64,000 bases of DNA from an uncultured SAR86 cluster bacterium (GTDB lineage Bacteria; Pseudomonadota; Gammaproteobacteria; Magnimaribacterales; D2472), in contig CACECK010000005.1 in assembly GCA_902557965.1 (NCBI GenBank), positions 7,365 through 71,364 on the forward strand. Reading direction: 5' to 3'. Positions 9,701 through 18,286 of the stretch are shown here, piece after piece. The notes below the pieces were generated by a model, which was not told where the DNA came from, did not search any database, and was given only the letters and a program-made list of their open reading frames with translations. Position 1 is the first letter of the stretch. Every line of letters starts with the position of its first letter. Position numbers and translations under genes: made by a program.

Positions 9701-10303
9701 ATGATAGTAGACTTTATTTTTGATATAGCTAGTCCAAATACTTATTTTGCTCACAAGCTCATTCCAGGTATCGAAGAAAGAACCGGTGCTAAGTTCAATT
9801 ATGTACCTTGCTTGCTTGGAGGAATCCATAAAATGACAAATAATCAGCCTCCTTTCATAGCATATGCAGATTGTAAAAATAAAAATGACTACCAAATGCA
9901 CGAAATCGAAAGATTTGTTAAACATAATAATCTGGAAAAATATAAATTTAACTCTCATTTCCCCCCAGTAACAATTCAAGTTCAAAGAGGTGCCATAGCA
10001 GCACAAGAATTAAATGTTTTTGATAGCTATATTGAATGCTTGCTTTGCGCAATGTGGGAAGATGACAAAAATATTTCTGATATGGTTGTTCTTCAAGAAG
10101 TCCTTAGCGAAAATAACTTCGATGTTGACGCAATTATAGAAATTGTGACCTCTCAATCTTGTAAAGACAAATTAATATCAAATACTGATTCTGCAGTGCA
10201 AAAAGGAGCTTTTGGTGTACCAACATTCTTTCTTGATGATCAAATATTCTTTGGAAAGGATCACTTATATCAACTCGAGCAATATATAAATTCAAAAAAA
10301 TAG
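9701..10303 (+). CDS. DsbA-family 2-hydroxychromene-2-carboxylate isomerase / kappa-GST-like protein
   Basis: MIVDFIFDIASPNTYF... and C-terminal GAFGVPTFFLDDQIFFGKD are typical of the HCCA isomerase family. Start trimmed from the TTG at 9671 to the ATG at 9701. Confidence 0.7.
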   Translation: MIVDFIFDIASPNTYFAHKLIPGIEERTGAKFNYVPCLLGGIHKMTNNQPPFIAYADCKNKNDYQMHEIERFVKHNNLEKYKFNSHFPPVTIQVQRGAIAAQELNVFDSYIECLLCAMWEDDKNISDMVVLQEVLSENNFDVDAIIEIVTSQSCKDKLISNTDSAVQKGAFGVPTFFLDDQIFFGKDHLYQLEQYINSKK

Positions 10304-10355
10304 AACTTTTCTTAATATACGCTTTCAAATAATTGAGGTATAGAATATACAAAGA

Positions 10356-12758
10356 ATGAAAATTAAGAATAATGTTATTTTTTTAATATTCCTTTCGCTG
10401 TTTCAGTCTAATGTTTTTGCGAATTTATTTAGTGAAGGAATATTACAAGAAAGTGGTAATTCAAAAAATTCGTGCTTTTTATACCAACCTAATTTAGGTT
10501 CTGTAGAGGATATTGACAATTTAGACATAAAGTCTGATCAGTTTGAAATAACTGATGAAAAGGTTTTAATACTTAATGGCAATACAGAAATAGATTTTCC
10601 TAATGGTTTTATTTATGCAGGTAAAGCAAGAATTGATAAATCAAATGGCTCCGTTGAATTTAAAAAAAATGGAGATATTTATTTAAAAGATTTTTTCTTT
10701 CGAGCTAATGAGGGTATTTTTAATAAGGATACTAAGTATATTGGGCTTGTTAATGGAGAAGCTTATATTAATGATAGAGGTTTATTACTTAGCTTTGAAG
10801 ATCTTTATGGAAGCTTGGATAGCGAAGTAACCCTTAATAAAGTATCAATGACAACTTGCCAAAGTCCTAGTAAAGGATGGTTGCTTGAAGCAGATACCAT
10901 TTATTTAGATGCTAAAACTAATAGAGGTAAGGCAAAAAAAGTAAATATTAAAATCTTTGATAAGACATTTTTAAAGCTGCCTGTTGTTCCGTTTGCAACA
11001 TCAGATGAGAGGATGACTGGATTTTTAGAGCCATCACTATCTTATTCATCTGATGGTATTGATTTCATGATTCCCTATTATAAAGTCTTGTCAGATGAAT
11101 CTGATATTACAGCTGCAGCAAGAAATATTTCAGAAAGAGGTGTAGGTATTGAAGGTAACTACAGAAGACTTCATTCGAGTAAAAAAAATCTAACAAATAT
11201 TGATTTCTTATATTTTGGAAGTGATAAAGAATACAAAAGGCTTAGTCAAAAATCCTCAGAAAGCAGATGGGCATTCAGCCTAAAAGATAGATATCAGGTA
11301 AATAATAATATTAATATTGATGTGGATTGGTCAAAAGTTTCAGACAGTCTGGTCTTAAGAGACATTAGTGGTGAAATAACAGCCGTTGGATCTCAAAGAC
11401 AACAATATCTGAGTCAGAACGTATCTGTAAGCGGCACATATGACAATATTACATTTAAAATTGAACAAGAAAAAAATCAATCACTTAATCCTTTGTTGAC
11501 AAATGGATACAAAAAATCTCCTTCTATAGATTTAAGATTTTCTAAAAAAATTGGTAAATTTTCTTTTCATGAAAATTTAAATATCACCTATTTTAAAGCA
11601 GATGCATTGCATGGATTTTTTGGTAATGGTTCAGTAAACAAATATTTAATAAATGTTAATAAGATTAATGAAGGGTCTCGCATATATTCAGATTTTAAAA
11701 TCGTCAATAATACTTATCTCTCAAAAATAAATATCTCATCTTCAATAGGCGTTAAAAGTATTAAATATGATTTAAATGATGGGGTAGAAACAAAAAATAT
11801 AAATGTACCAAATTTTAAATTAGATTTAAGTTCAACTTTTATCAAGAAGAAAAATATGCATATTCACCTCATTAAGCCATCCTTAATTTATGGTTTCGTA
11901 GATTATAAAGATCAAGATATAAATCCAGTATTTGATACAAATACTATTTCAATGAATAACACTTTATTTAGTAACGAAAGATTTGCTGGAAAAGACAGAA
12001 TTGGAGATCAGCATTTTTATTCTATAAATCTTGAGTATAAGAAGAGGCATATGGGCATGGATATGGCATCTTTATCTGTTTCAAAACAATTTTTTATTAA
12101 AGATAGAAAGGTTTGGATAGACAGTTCGATGATGAATATGCCCATGAATATGATGGATATGAATATGCCTATAAATATGATGGATATGAATATGCCTATG
12201 AATATGATGGATATGCCTATGGATGAAGGTCCAATTATTGTAATGGGTAAATGGATGCCAAGCATGAAAACCATGTTAATGACATATGGTGGATATTTTG
12301 AAGAAACAAAAAAAATGCCAATGGGTGGTCTAACGCTTAAACATAAATTTGATAAAGGAAGTTTTGGTTATGCAAAAAGATATAGACGCATGTCAGGAGA
12401 TTTTAATGTTGTATTAGATTACTCCGAATTTTCCACAGATCTTATGATTAACGAAAATTATTCTTTAATAGCGAAATTTAAAAGAGATGATGAAAATGGT
12501 TCAAAAATTGAATCAGCCTTTGGTGTTGGATATGAAAATTGTTGCTTTAAATTTAGTATAACTGCATCTGATAAAAATTTATCCAAGTACCTACTGGATC
12601 AAGATTTAAATTCGTACACATATCTTAATGAAGCGTGGGATAATATAATAAGAATAGAAGACAAGAGTAGAGTAAACTTTCAATTCCAGCTAAAAGGACT
12701 TAATTCGTCGATTAATAAAGTTGGTAGGCTATTTAATAACTCGATTTTTGATTATTGA
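10356..12758 (+). CDS. lptD: LPS-assembly outer-membrane protein LptD
   Basis: 800 aa with a signal peptide, an OstA-like N-terminal region and a large C-terminal barrel region. Conserved-looking Cys pattern (NSC, TTCQS, ENCC). Followed by surA-pdxA-rsmA-apaH. Confidence 0.85.
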   Translation: MKIKNNVIFLIFLSLFQSNVFANLFSEGILQESGNSKNSCFLYQPNLGSVEDIDNLDIKSDQFEITDEKVLILNGNTEIDFPNGFIYAGKARIDKSNGSVEFKKNGDIYLKDFFFRANEGIFNKDTKYIGLVNGEAYINDRGLLLSFEDLYGSLDSEVTLNKVSMTTCQSPSKGWLLEADTIYLDAKTNRGKAKKVNIKIFDKTFLKLPVVPFATSDERMTGFLEPSLSYSSDGIDFMIPYYKVLSDESDITAAARNISERGVGIEGNYRRLHSSKKNLTNIDFLYFGSDKEYKRLSQKSSESRWAFSLKDRYQVNNNINIDVDWSKVSDSLVLRDISGEITAVGSQRQQYLSQNVSVSGTYDNITFKIEQEKNQSLNPLLTNGYKKSPSIDLRFSKKIGKFSFHENLNITYFKADALHGFFGNGSVNKYLINVNKINEGSRIYSDFKIVNNTYLSKINISSSIGVKSIKYDLNDGVETKNINVPNFKLDLSSTFIKKKNMHIHLIKPSLIYGFVDYKDQDINPVFDTNTISMNNTLFSNERFAGKDRIGDQHFYSINLEYKKRHMGMDMASLSVSKQFFIKDRKVWIDSSMMNMPMNMMDMNMPINMMDMNMPMNMMDMPMDEGPIIVMGKWMPSMKTMLMTYGGYFEETKKMPMGGLTLKHKFDKGSFGYAKRYRRMSGDFNVVLDYSEFSTDLMINENYSLIAKFKRDDENGSKIESAFGVGYENCCFKFSITASDKNLSKYLLDQDLNSYTYLNEAWDNIIRIEDKSRVNFQFQLKGLNSSINKVGRLFNNSIFDY
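12129..12224 (+). repeat. in-frame 27-nt tandem repeat (about 3.5 units) encoding Met-rich MNMP(M/I)NMMD
   Basis: ATGATGAATATGCCCATGAATATGATGGAT, then ATGAATATGCCTATAAATATGATGGAT, then ATGAATATGCCTATGAATATGATGGAT, then ATGCCTATGGAT. 17 of the 32 residues are Met. Confidence 0.95.
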
Positions 12759-12762
12759 AAAA

Positions 12763-14004
12763 ATGAATAAAATTTTAAACATATTAGTTATCATAATTGC
12801 TCTTAATGTGAGCTCTAAGGTTGAAATCTTGGACAGAGTAGCCGTCATTGTTGATGACGGCGTTATTATGGAGTCACAAATTAAGACCACCTTAATGGAT
12901 ATTGAAAGACGGTATGTGGATCAAAATATCCCTATGCCGCCAATGAATTTATTGTTAGAACAAATCACAGAAAAATTGATTGTAGAAGAACTGCAACTGC
13001 AGTTAGCTGACAGAGCTGGAGTAAAAATTAGTGATTCTGAATTAAATATTACTATTGATAGGCTTGCTGCTAATAATGGCATGACTCTTGAGAAATTTAT
13101 AACATTTATTGAAGATGATGGCGGCTCATATGAACAACTAAGAGAAGATATGAGAAGAGAAATGCGCATCCAAAGAGTTCAAAGAGGTAGAGTTGATTCA
13201 AATATTGATATAACTGAAAAAGAATTTGAGGCTTTTTTAGCTACAGATGAAACCCTAGCAGCTTTAGAGCCAGAGTTATTAGTTAGACAAATTCTTGTCA
13301 AAGATATTCAAACGGCCGAAGTAGTAAAAAATGCTATTTCTAATAATGAAGATTTTGGTGAATTGGCAAAAAAATACTCTCAAAGCACAAACGCGTCCTC
13401 TGGTGGCTTAATGAAATGGAGGAAAGCATTTGATATGCCTGAGCTTTTTGAAAAAGCTTTAACAAAAAAATCTATTGGTTTCATATCAGAACCTTTGGAA
13501 ACTGGTTCTGGATATCATATTTTGAAATTAGAAGATAAAAGAGGAGAATTTGTTAAATTTGAAGATCAATGGCAATCTAGGCACATATTGCTTATACCCT
13601 CTGCAATAAGAACAGATGAAGAAACCAAACAGCAACTGTCAGAAATAAGAGAAAGAATTATTAATGGTGAAGATTTTGGAGATCTTGCAAATGAATTTTC
13701 AGAAGATCCTGGATCTGCAAAACAAGGCGGAGACTTGGGATGGCTTGGAAAAGATGTTTTAGCTGCTGAATTTGAGGAAACAATGATTAACTCTGAAATA
13801 GGAGTAATCTCAGAAGTTTTTGAAACACAGTTTGGTTTTCATTTTCTTGAAGTTATTGGTAAAAGAAATCACGAGCTTACAGATGAGCTAATTTCTAATA
13901 GAGCCTATCAAGTTCTATATTCAAGTAAATTTGATGTAGAGTTAGAAAATACTCTAAGAACAATGAGAGCTGAAGCTTTCGTCGAGTATAAAGATCTAGA
14001 TTGA
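12763..14004 (+). CDS. surA: periplasmic chaperone / peptidyl-prolyl isomerase SurA
   Basis: Signal peptide MNKILNILVIIIALNVSS and two parvulin-like segments (GGLMKW.., GGDLGWLGK). Start trimmed to the ATG at 12763, just after the lptD stop. Confidence 0.88.
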   Translation: MNKILNILVIIIALNVSSKVEILDRVAVIVDDGVIMESQIKTTLMDIERRYVDQNIPMPPMNLLLEQITEKLIVEELQLQLADRAGVKISDSELNITIDRLAANNGMTLEKFITFIEDDGGSYEQLREDMRREMRIQRVQRGRVDSNIDITEKEFEAFLATDETLAALEPELLVRQILVKDIQTAEVVKNAISNNEDFGELAKKYSQSTNASSGGLMKWRKAFDMPELFEKALTKKSIGFISEPLETGSGYHILKLEDKRGEFVKFEDQWQSRHILLIPSAIRTDEETKQQLSEIRERIINGEDFGDLANEFSEDPGSAKQGGDLGWLGKDVLAAEFEETMINSEIGVISEVFETQFGFHFLEVIGKRNHELTDELISNRAYQVLYSSKFDVELENTLRTMRAEAFVEYKDLD

Positions 14005-14984
14005 AAAATATCATCTATTCGCCAGGTGAGCCTGCTGGTATTGGTCCAGATTTAATAATCAAACTCTCTCTTTCCAAACTATGGAATAAAATTGGTGTTC
14101 CCATAATTACCATAGGTGATAAAGATCTTTTTGAAGCTAGAGCAAAGCTTCTAAATAAGAAAGTTGAAATTATAAAAATTGATGATTTAAGTAAAGCCAA
14201 AAAAAATCAGAATGGGGCTATTCAAATTTTTGAACTGATAAAATGTAATAATATTGAGCCAGGTGTTCTTGATACCTCAAATGCAGAGTATGTTCTAAAA
14301 AATCTTAATTTTGCTATCAAGGCCTGTATTTCAAATAAAAGCGATGCTTTGGTCACGGGTCCAATCAGCAAGGAAAATATTATTTCTATAAAGAAGAATT
14401 TTACTGGTCATACTGAGTATATAAAACAGATAACAAGAAGCGATGATGTATTAATGATGCTTGCATCAGAAAAATTAAGGGTTGCTTTAGCTACAACTCA
14501 CATTCCTTTAAAGAAAGTTGCTAAGACAATAAATGAAAAGTTAATAATAAATAAAGTAAAGATTCTTAATAAAGATTTAAAAAAGAAGTTTGGTATTAAA
14601 AAACCAAGCATTAAGATTTTGGGCTTAAATCCCCATGCTGGTGAGAATGGCAAGATTGGAAGCGAAGAACAAGATATTATAATTCCTGCAATTAAAAAAT
14701 TAAGAAAAAGTAAAATTGATGTATCACTTCCAATGTCAGCAGATACAGCTTTTTCAGGAAAACATTTGAATGAAACAGATGCCTATTTTGGAATGTATCA
14801 CGATCAAGTTCTTCCAGTTTTAAAAGCCATTAGCTTTGGAGAGTCAATTAACATCACATTGGGAGTTCCAATAATAAGGACTTCTGTTGATCATGGTGTT
14901 GCATTAGATATAGCTGGCTCAAATAATTCTGATACATCCTCATTAGAATTAGCCTTCGAGAGTGCAAATAATCTTATTAAATGA
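14001..14984 (+). CDS. pdxA: 4-hydroxythreonine-4-phosphate dehydrogenase
   Basis: 327 aa with GEPAGIGPDL, NPHAGENG and SVDHGVALDIAG. TTG start overlaps the surA stop. Confidence 0.9.
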   Translation: MKNIIYSPGEPAGIGPDLIIKLSLSKLWNKIGVPIITIGDKDLFEARAKLLNKKVEIIKIDDLSKAKKNQNGAIQIFELIKCNNIEPGVLDTSNAEYVLKNLNFAIKACISNKSDALVTGPISKENIISIKKNFTGHTEYIKQITRSDDVLMMLASEKLRVALATTHIPLKKVAKTINEKLIINKVKILNKDLKKKFGIKKPSIKILGLNPHAGENGKIGSEEQDIIIPAIKKLRKSKIDVSLPMSADTAFSGKHLNETDAYFGMYHDQVLPVLKAISFGESINITLGVPIIRTSVDHGVALDIAGSNNSDTSSLELAFESANNLIK

Positions 14985-15748
14985 ATATAAGGGCTACAAG
15001 AAGAAAATATGGACAGAATTATTTAATAGATAAAGCTGTTCTTTTTGAGATGGGTAACACTATTAACTCGAAATCAAATGATTCATTTATAGAAATTGGT
15101 CCTGGTTTAGGTGCCCTAACAGAACAAATTAATAAGGAAGGCATAAAAATTTTAGCAATAGATGTTGATGAGCAGAATATTGATTATTTAAAAAGAAAAT
15201 ATAATGGCCCAGCAGACATTAAATTTATTCATGGTGATTTTTTAAAGTTTAATCTCCCTGCAGATGGAAATCCACAAAGAATAGTTGGCAACTTACCATA
15301 CAATATTTCAACGCAAATAATTCTAAAACTTATTGATGATTATGAATTTATAGAAGATATGCATTTTTTGGTACAACGAGAAGTAGCAGAAAAAATTACA
15401 GGACAAAAATCAACAAAAAATTGGGGAAAACTTGCAATAAAGATTGCTCTCTTTTTTGAAAGTGAAATCTTATTTGATGTTCCACCTGAGGCTTTTGATA
15501 TTAAACCAAAGGTTACTTCTAGCTTTATAAGATTAATTAAAAAAGACTCCCTAGAATACGACATTTCTTTAAAAAGTAATTTTTTTAAGATAGTTGATCT
15601 TGCATTTACTTCAAGAAGGAAAAACATAAAGAATAATCTGCAAAAAATTGGAATCGATTGGGAAAAAATAAATATTGATCCTAAAAAAAGACCTGAAGAA
15701 ATTTCTATAGAAGAATATATTAATATTTCAAAAGAATATAATCTATAG
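14981..15748 (+). CDS. rsmA: 16S rRNA (adenine1518/1519-N6)-dimethyltransferase
   Basis: 255 aa with KYGQNYLID, IEIGPGLGALT and GNLPYNIST. Confidence 0.9.
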   Translation: MNIRATRRKYGQNYLIDKAVLFEMGNTINSKSNDSFIEIGPGLGALTEQINKEGIKILAIDVDEQNIDYLKRKYNGPADIKFIHGDFLKFNLPADGNPQRIVGNLPYNISTQIILKLIDDYEFIEDMHFLVQREVAEKITGQKSTKNWGKLAIKIALFFESEILFDVPPEAFDIKPKVTSSFIRLIKKDSLEYDISLKSNFFKIVDLAFTSRRKNIKNNLQKIGIDWEKINIDPKKRPEEISIEEYINISKEYNL

Positions 15749-16558
15749 ATGTCCCATTATGTAATTGGTGATGTGCAAGGTTGTTATGATGAGCTTATTG
15801 CACTGACAAATAAAATTAAGTTTAATCCTGATAAAGATAAACTTATTTTTGCCGGAGATCTAGTAAACAGAGGTACAAAATCGCTAGAAGTTTTAAACTT
15901 CTGTATCAAAAATAAAAAATCTATTAAAGCAGTATTGGGGAATCATGATTTATATCTGCTGTATCTTATTGAGCATAAAAAAAGAAATGAATCCTTAAAA
16001 AAAATTTTAAATGCAGATAATATTGTGAAAATTCATAAATGGCTAAAAAAGCTCCCACTGTTATTAAAATTCGAAATTAATAAAGAATCATTTTGGATCA
16101 GTCATGCAGGCATACCACATATATGGAGTTTAAAAACTGCTAAGAATCTTTCTAAAGAGATTCAAACTGCTCTAAAAAATGATTCATTTAGGCTGCTTGA
16201 GAATATGTGGGGAGACACACCAAGTAAATGGAAGGACAATCTCAAAGACTATAAAAGATACAGAATAATAATAAACTATTTCACCAGGATGAGATATTTG
16301 GATAAAAAAGGTGCTCTCAAGCTGGGTAAAAAAAATCTTAAACCAGAAAAAAATCATATTCCATGGTTTGAGCAAACAAAAGATAATTTAAAAGAAAATG
16401 AAACAATAATATTTGGGCACTGGGCAGCGCTTGAGGGAAAAACAAATTTAAAAAATATTATCGGACTGGATACAGGTTGTGTTTGGGGAAATAAACTAAC
16501 TGCCATAAGATTAGAAGATAAGAAAATATTTCAAGTAAAAAAATATGGAAATATATAA
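15749..16558 (+). CDS. apaH: symmetrical bis(5'-nucleosyl)-tetraphosphatase
   Basis: 269 aa with YVIGDVQGCYDEL, AGDLVNRG and GNHD metallophosphatase motifs. No apaG lies between rsmA and apaH. Confidence 0.88.
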   Translation: MSHYVIGDVQGCYDELIALTNKIKFNPDKDKLIFAGDLVNRGTKSLEVLNFCIKNKKSIKAVLGNHDLYLLYLIEHKKRNESLKKILNADNIVKIHKWLKKLPLLLKFEINKESFWISHAGIPHIWSLKTAKNLSKEIQTALKNDSFRLLENMWGDTPSKWKDNLKDYKRYRIIINYFTRMRYLDKKGALKLGKKNLKPEKNHIPWFEQTKDNLKENETIIFGHWAALEGKTNLKNIIGLDTGCVWGNKLTAIRLEDKKIFQVKKYGNI

Positions 16559-17564
16559 AGTTGGTGGGGCTGTAAGAGATTCTCTAATGGGTGTTAAGCC
16601 ATCAGACACTGATTGGGTAGTTATAGGCTCATCTCCAGAGGAAATGATTTCAAGAGGTTATAAACCCATAGGTAAAGATTTTCCAGTCTTTTTACATCCA
16701 AAAACTAATGAAGAATTTGCTCTTGCAAGAACAGAAAAAAAGACTGGAACAGGTTATGGCGGTTTTACTTTTTATTATGGGGCTGACGTCTCGCTAGAAG
16801 AAGACTTATCTCGAAGAGACTTCACAATTAATGCTATTGCACAAGATGACAATGGAAATATTATTGATCCATTTAATGGCCAAAAGGATATTGAAAATAA
16901 ATTATTTAAGCATGTGTCGCAGGCTTTTTATGAAGATCCTTTAAGAGCCATAAGATTGGCTAGATTTTATTCTTATAAACATCTAACTAAATTTAATATT
17001 GATGGATCAACCATCAAAGGGATTGAAAAAATTGTAACTTCAGGTGAAATAGCTAATCTTTCATCAAACAGAATATGGTCAGAGACTGAAAGAGCTTTGA
17101 GTAGCGATCATCCAAGCAGTTTTTTTGAAAAAATAATAACATTAAACTTATGTGATCCCTTTTTTGGTGAACTTAATCAACCAATTTGTGAAAGTCAAAA
17201 CAATAAAGTTGTGCGATGGGCAGAATTGCAAATAAATAATAATTTTGCTTTAGGTAAAAATTTGCCATTACCTAATGAGTATAAAAATATTGCAAATATT
17301 GCAAAAAATTTAATAAGTATTGATAAAAACCTTAAAGAGGATGAATTGGTTTCACTAGTAATGAGAACAGATTTTTCTAGAGATAATGATTTGATTATTG
17401 AATTAACCCGCCTTCCAGTCTATGCAAAGAATAGAAATTATATTTTGAGATTAGCAAAAGTAATTAATAATTTTGATTTTTCGTTTTTAGCTGAAACTTC
17501 AAGTGATAAAATTAAAGAAGAGAAGATTAAAATATATAAAGAAATAATAAATAAATCTAAATGA
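16545..17564 (+). CDS. cca: tRNA CCA-adding nucleotidyltransferase, short form without a recognisable HD motif
   Basis: The N-terminal part, MEIYKVGGAVRDSLMG...DWVV...FPVFLHP...ALARTEKK...RRDFTINA, is close to E. coli Cca. The C-terminal part lacks the H...HD...D residues. Confidence 0.85.
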   Translation: MEIYKVGGAVRDSLMGVKPSDTDWVVIGSSPEEMISRGYKPIGKDFPVFLHPKTNEEFALARTEKKTGTGYGGFTFYYGADVSLEEDLSRRDFTINAIAQDDNGNIIDPFNGQKDIENKLFKHVSQAFYEDPLRAIRLARFYSYKHLTKFNIDGSTIKGIEKIVTSGEIANLSSNRIWSETERALSSDHPSSFFEKIITLNLCDPFFGELNQPICESQNNKVVRWAELQINNNFALGKNLPLPNEYKNIANIAKNLISIDKNLKEDELVSLVMRTDFSRDNDLIIELTRLPVYAKNRNYILRLAKVINNFDFSFLAETSSDKIKEEKIKIYKEIINKSK

Positions 17565-18286
17565 ACAAAACAGTATTCATAACAGGAGCGGCTAAAAGAA
17601 TTGGTAAAGAGATTGCTTTAAGTTTTAAAGAACTGGGTTGGAATATAATAATTCATTACAACTCCTCCAAAGAAGACGCATTGAATCTAGCAAAGGAAAT
17701 AAACAATGCAAATAAAAATACAGCTATTACAGTTCAAGGTAACTTAGATGTTAAAGAGGATGTTAATGCGATTATAAAAGAAGTACTTGATGCTTTCCCT
17801 TCTATTGATCTTTTAATAAATAATGCATCAACTTTTTACCCCACACCAATAGATGACATTTCAGAAGAACATTGGGAAAAATTAGTTGGAAGCAACTTAA
17901 AAGGCCCTTTATTTTTAATACAGGGGCTGAAGCAGAAGTTAAAAGAATCTAAAGGCTCAATAATTAATATAACTGATACAAATTTATCAAAAGGAGTAGC
18001 AAACTATTCGATATATTCAGCTGCCAAGGCTGGGCTAGAATCAATAACAAAAGGTTTGGCTAGAGAGCTTGCTCCTGAAATTAAGGTAAATGCCATAGCT
18101 CCAGGCGCTATGCTTGAACCACCTGACGTCACTTGGACAGAAGAACAGAAAAGTAAGGTAATTGAAAGTATACCTCTCAAAAGAATGGGTTCAGAAAAAG
18201 ATATTGCTGAAGCAGTTAACTTTCTTGCTCATTCACAATACATAACTGGTCAAATAATAAAGGTTGATGGAGGAAGATCTTTGTAA
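17561..18286 (+). CDS. SDR, pteridine reductase / dihydromonapterin reductase-like
   Basis: 241 aa with ITGAAKRIGKEIA, NNAS and YSAAK. Resembles the FolM/PTR1-type; folK/folB lie nearby. Confidence 0.6.
   Translation: MNKTVFITGAAKRIGKEIALSFKELGWNIIIHYNSSKEDALNLAKEINNANKNTAITVQGNLDVKEDVNAIIKEVLDAFPSIDLLINNASTFYPTPIDDISEEHWEKLVGSNLKGPLFLIQGLKQKLKESKGSIINITDTNLSKGVANYSIYSAAKAGLESITKGLARELAPEIKVNAIAPGAMLEPPDVTWTEEQKSKVIESIPLKRMGSEKDIAEAVNFLAHSQYITGQIIKVDGGRSL

Noticed and set aside
12017-12274. An 85-aa antisense ORF with a striking IIFIGIFISIIF repeat that looks like a TM protein.
   Set aside because: It is simply the reverse complement of the ATG/AAT-rich Met repeat inside lptD. The periodicity is inherited from the sense-strand repeat.
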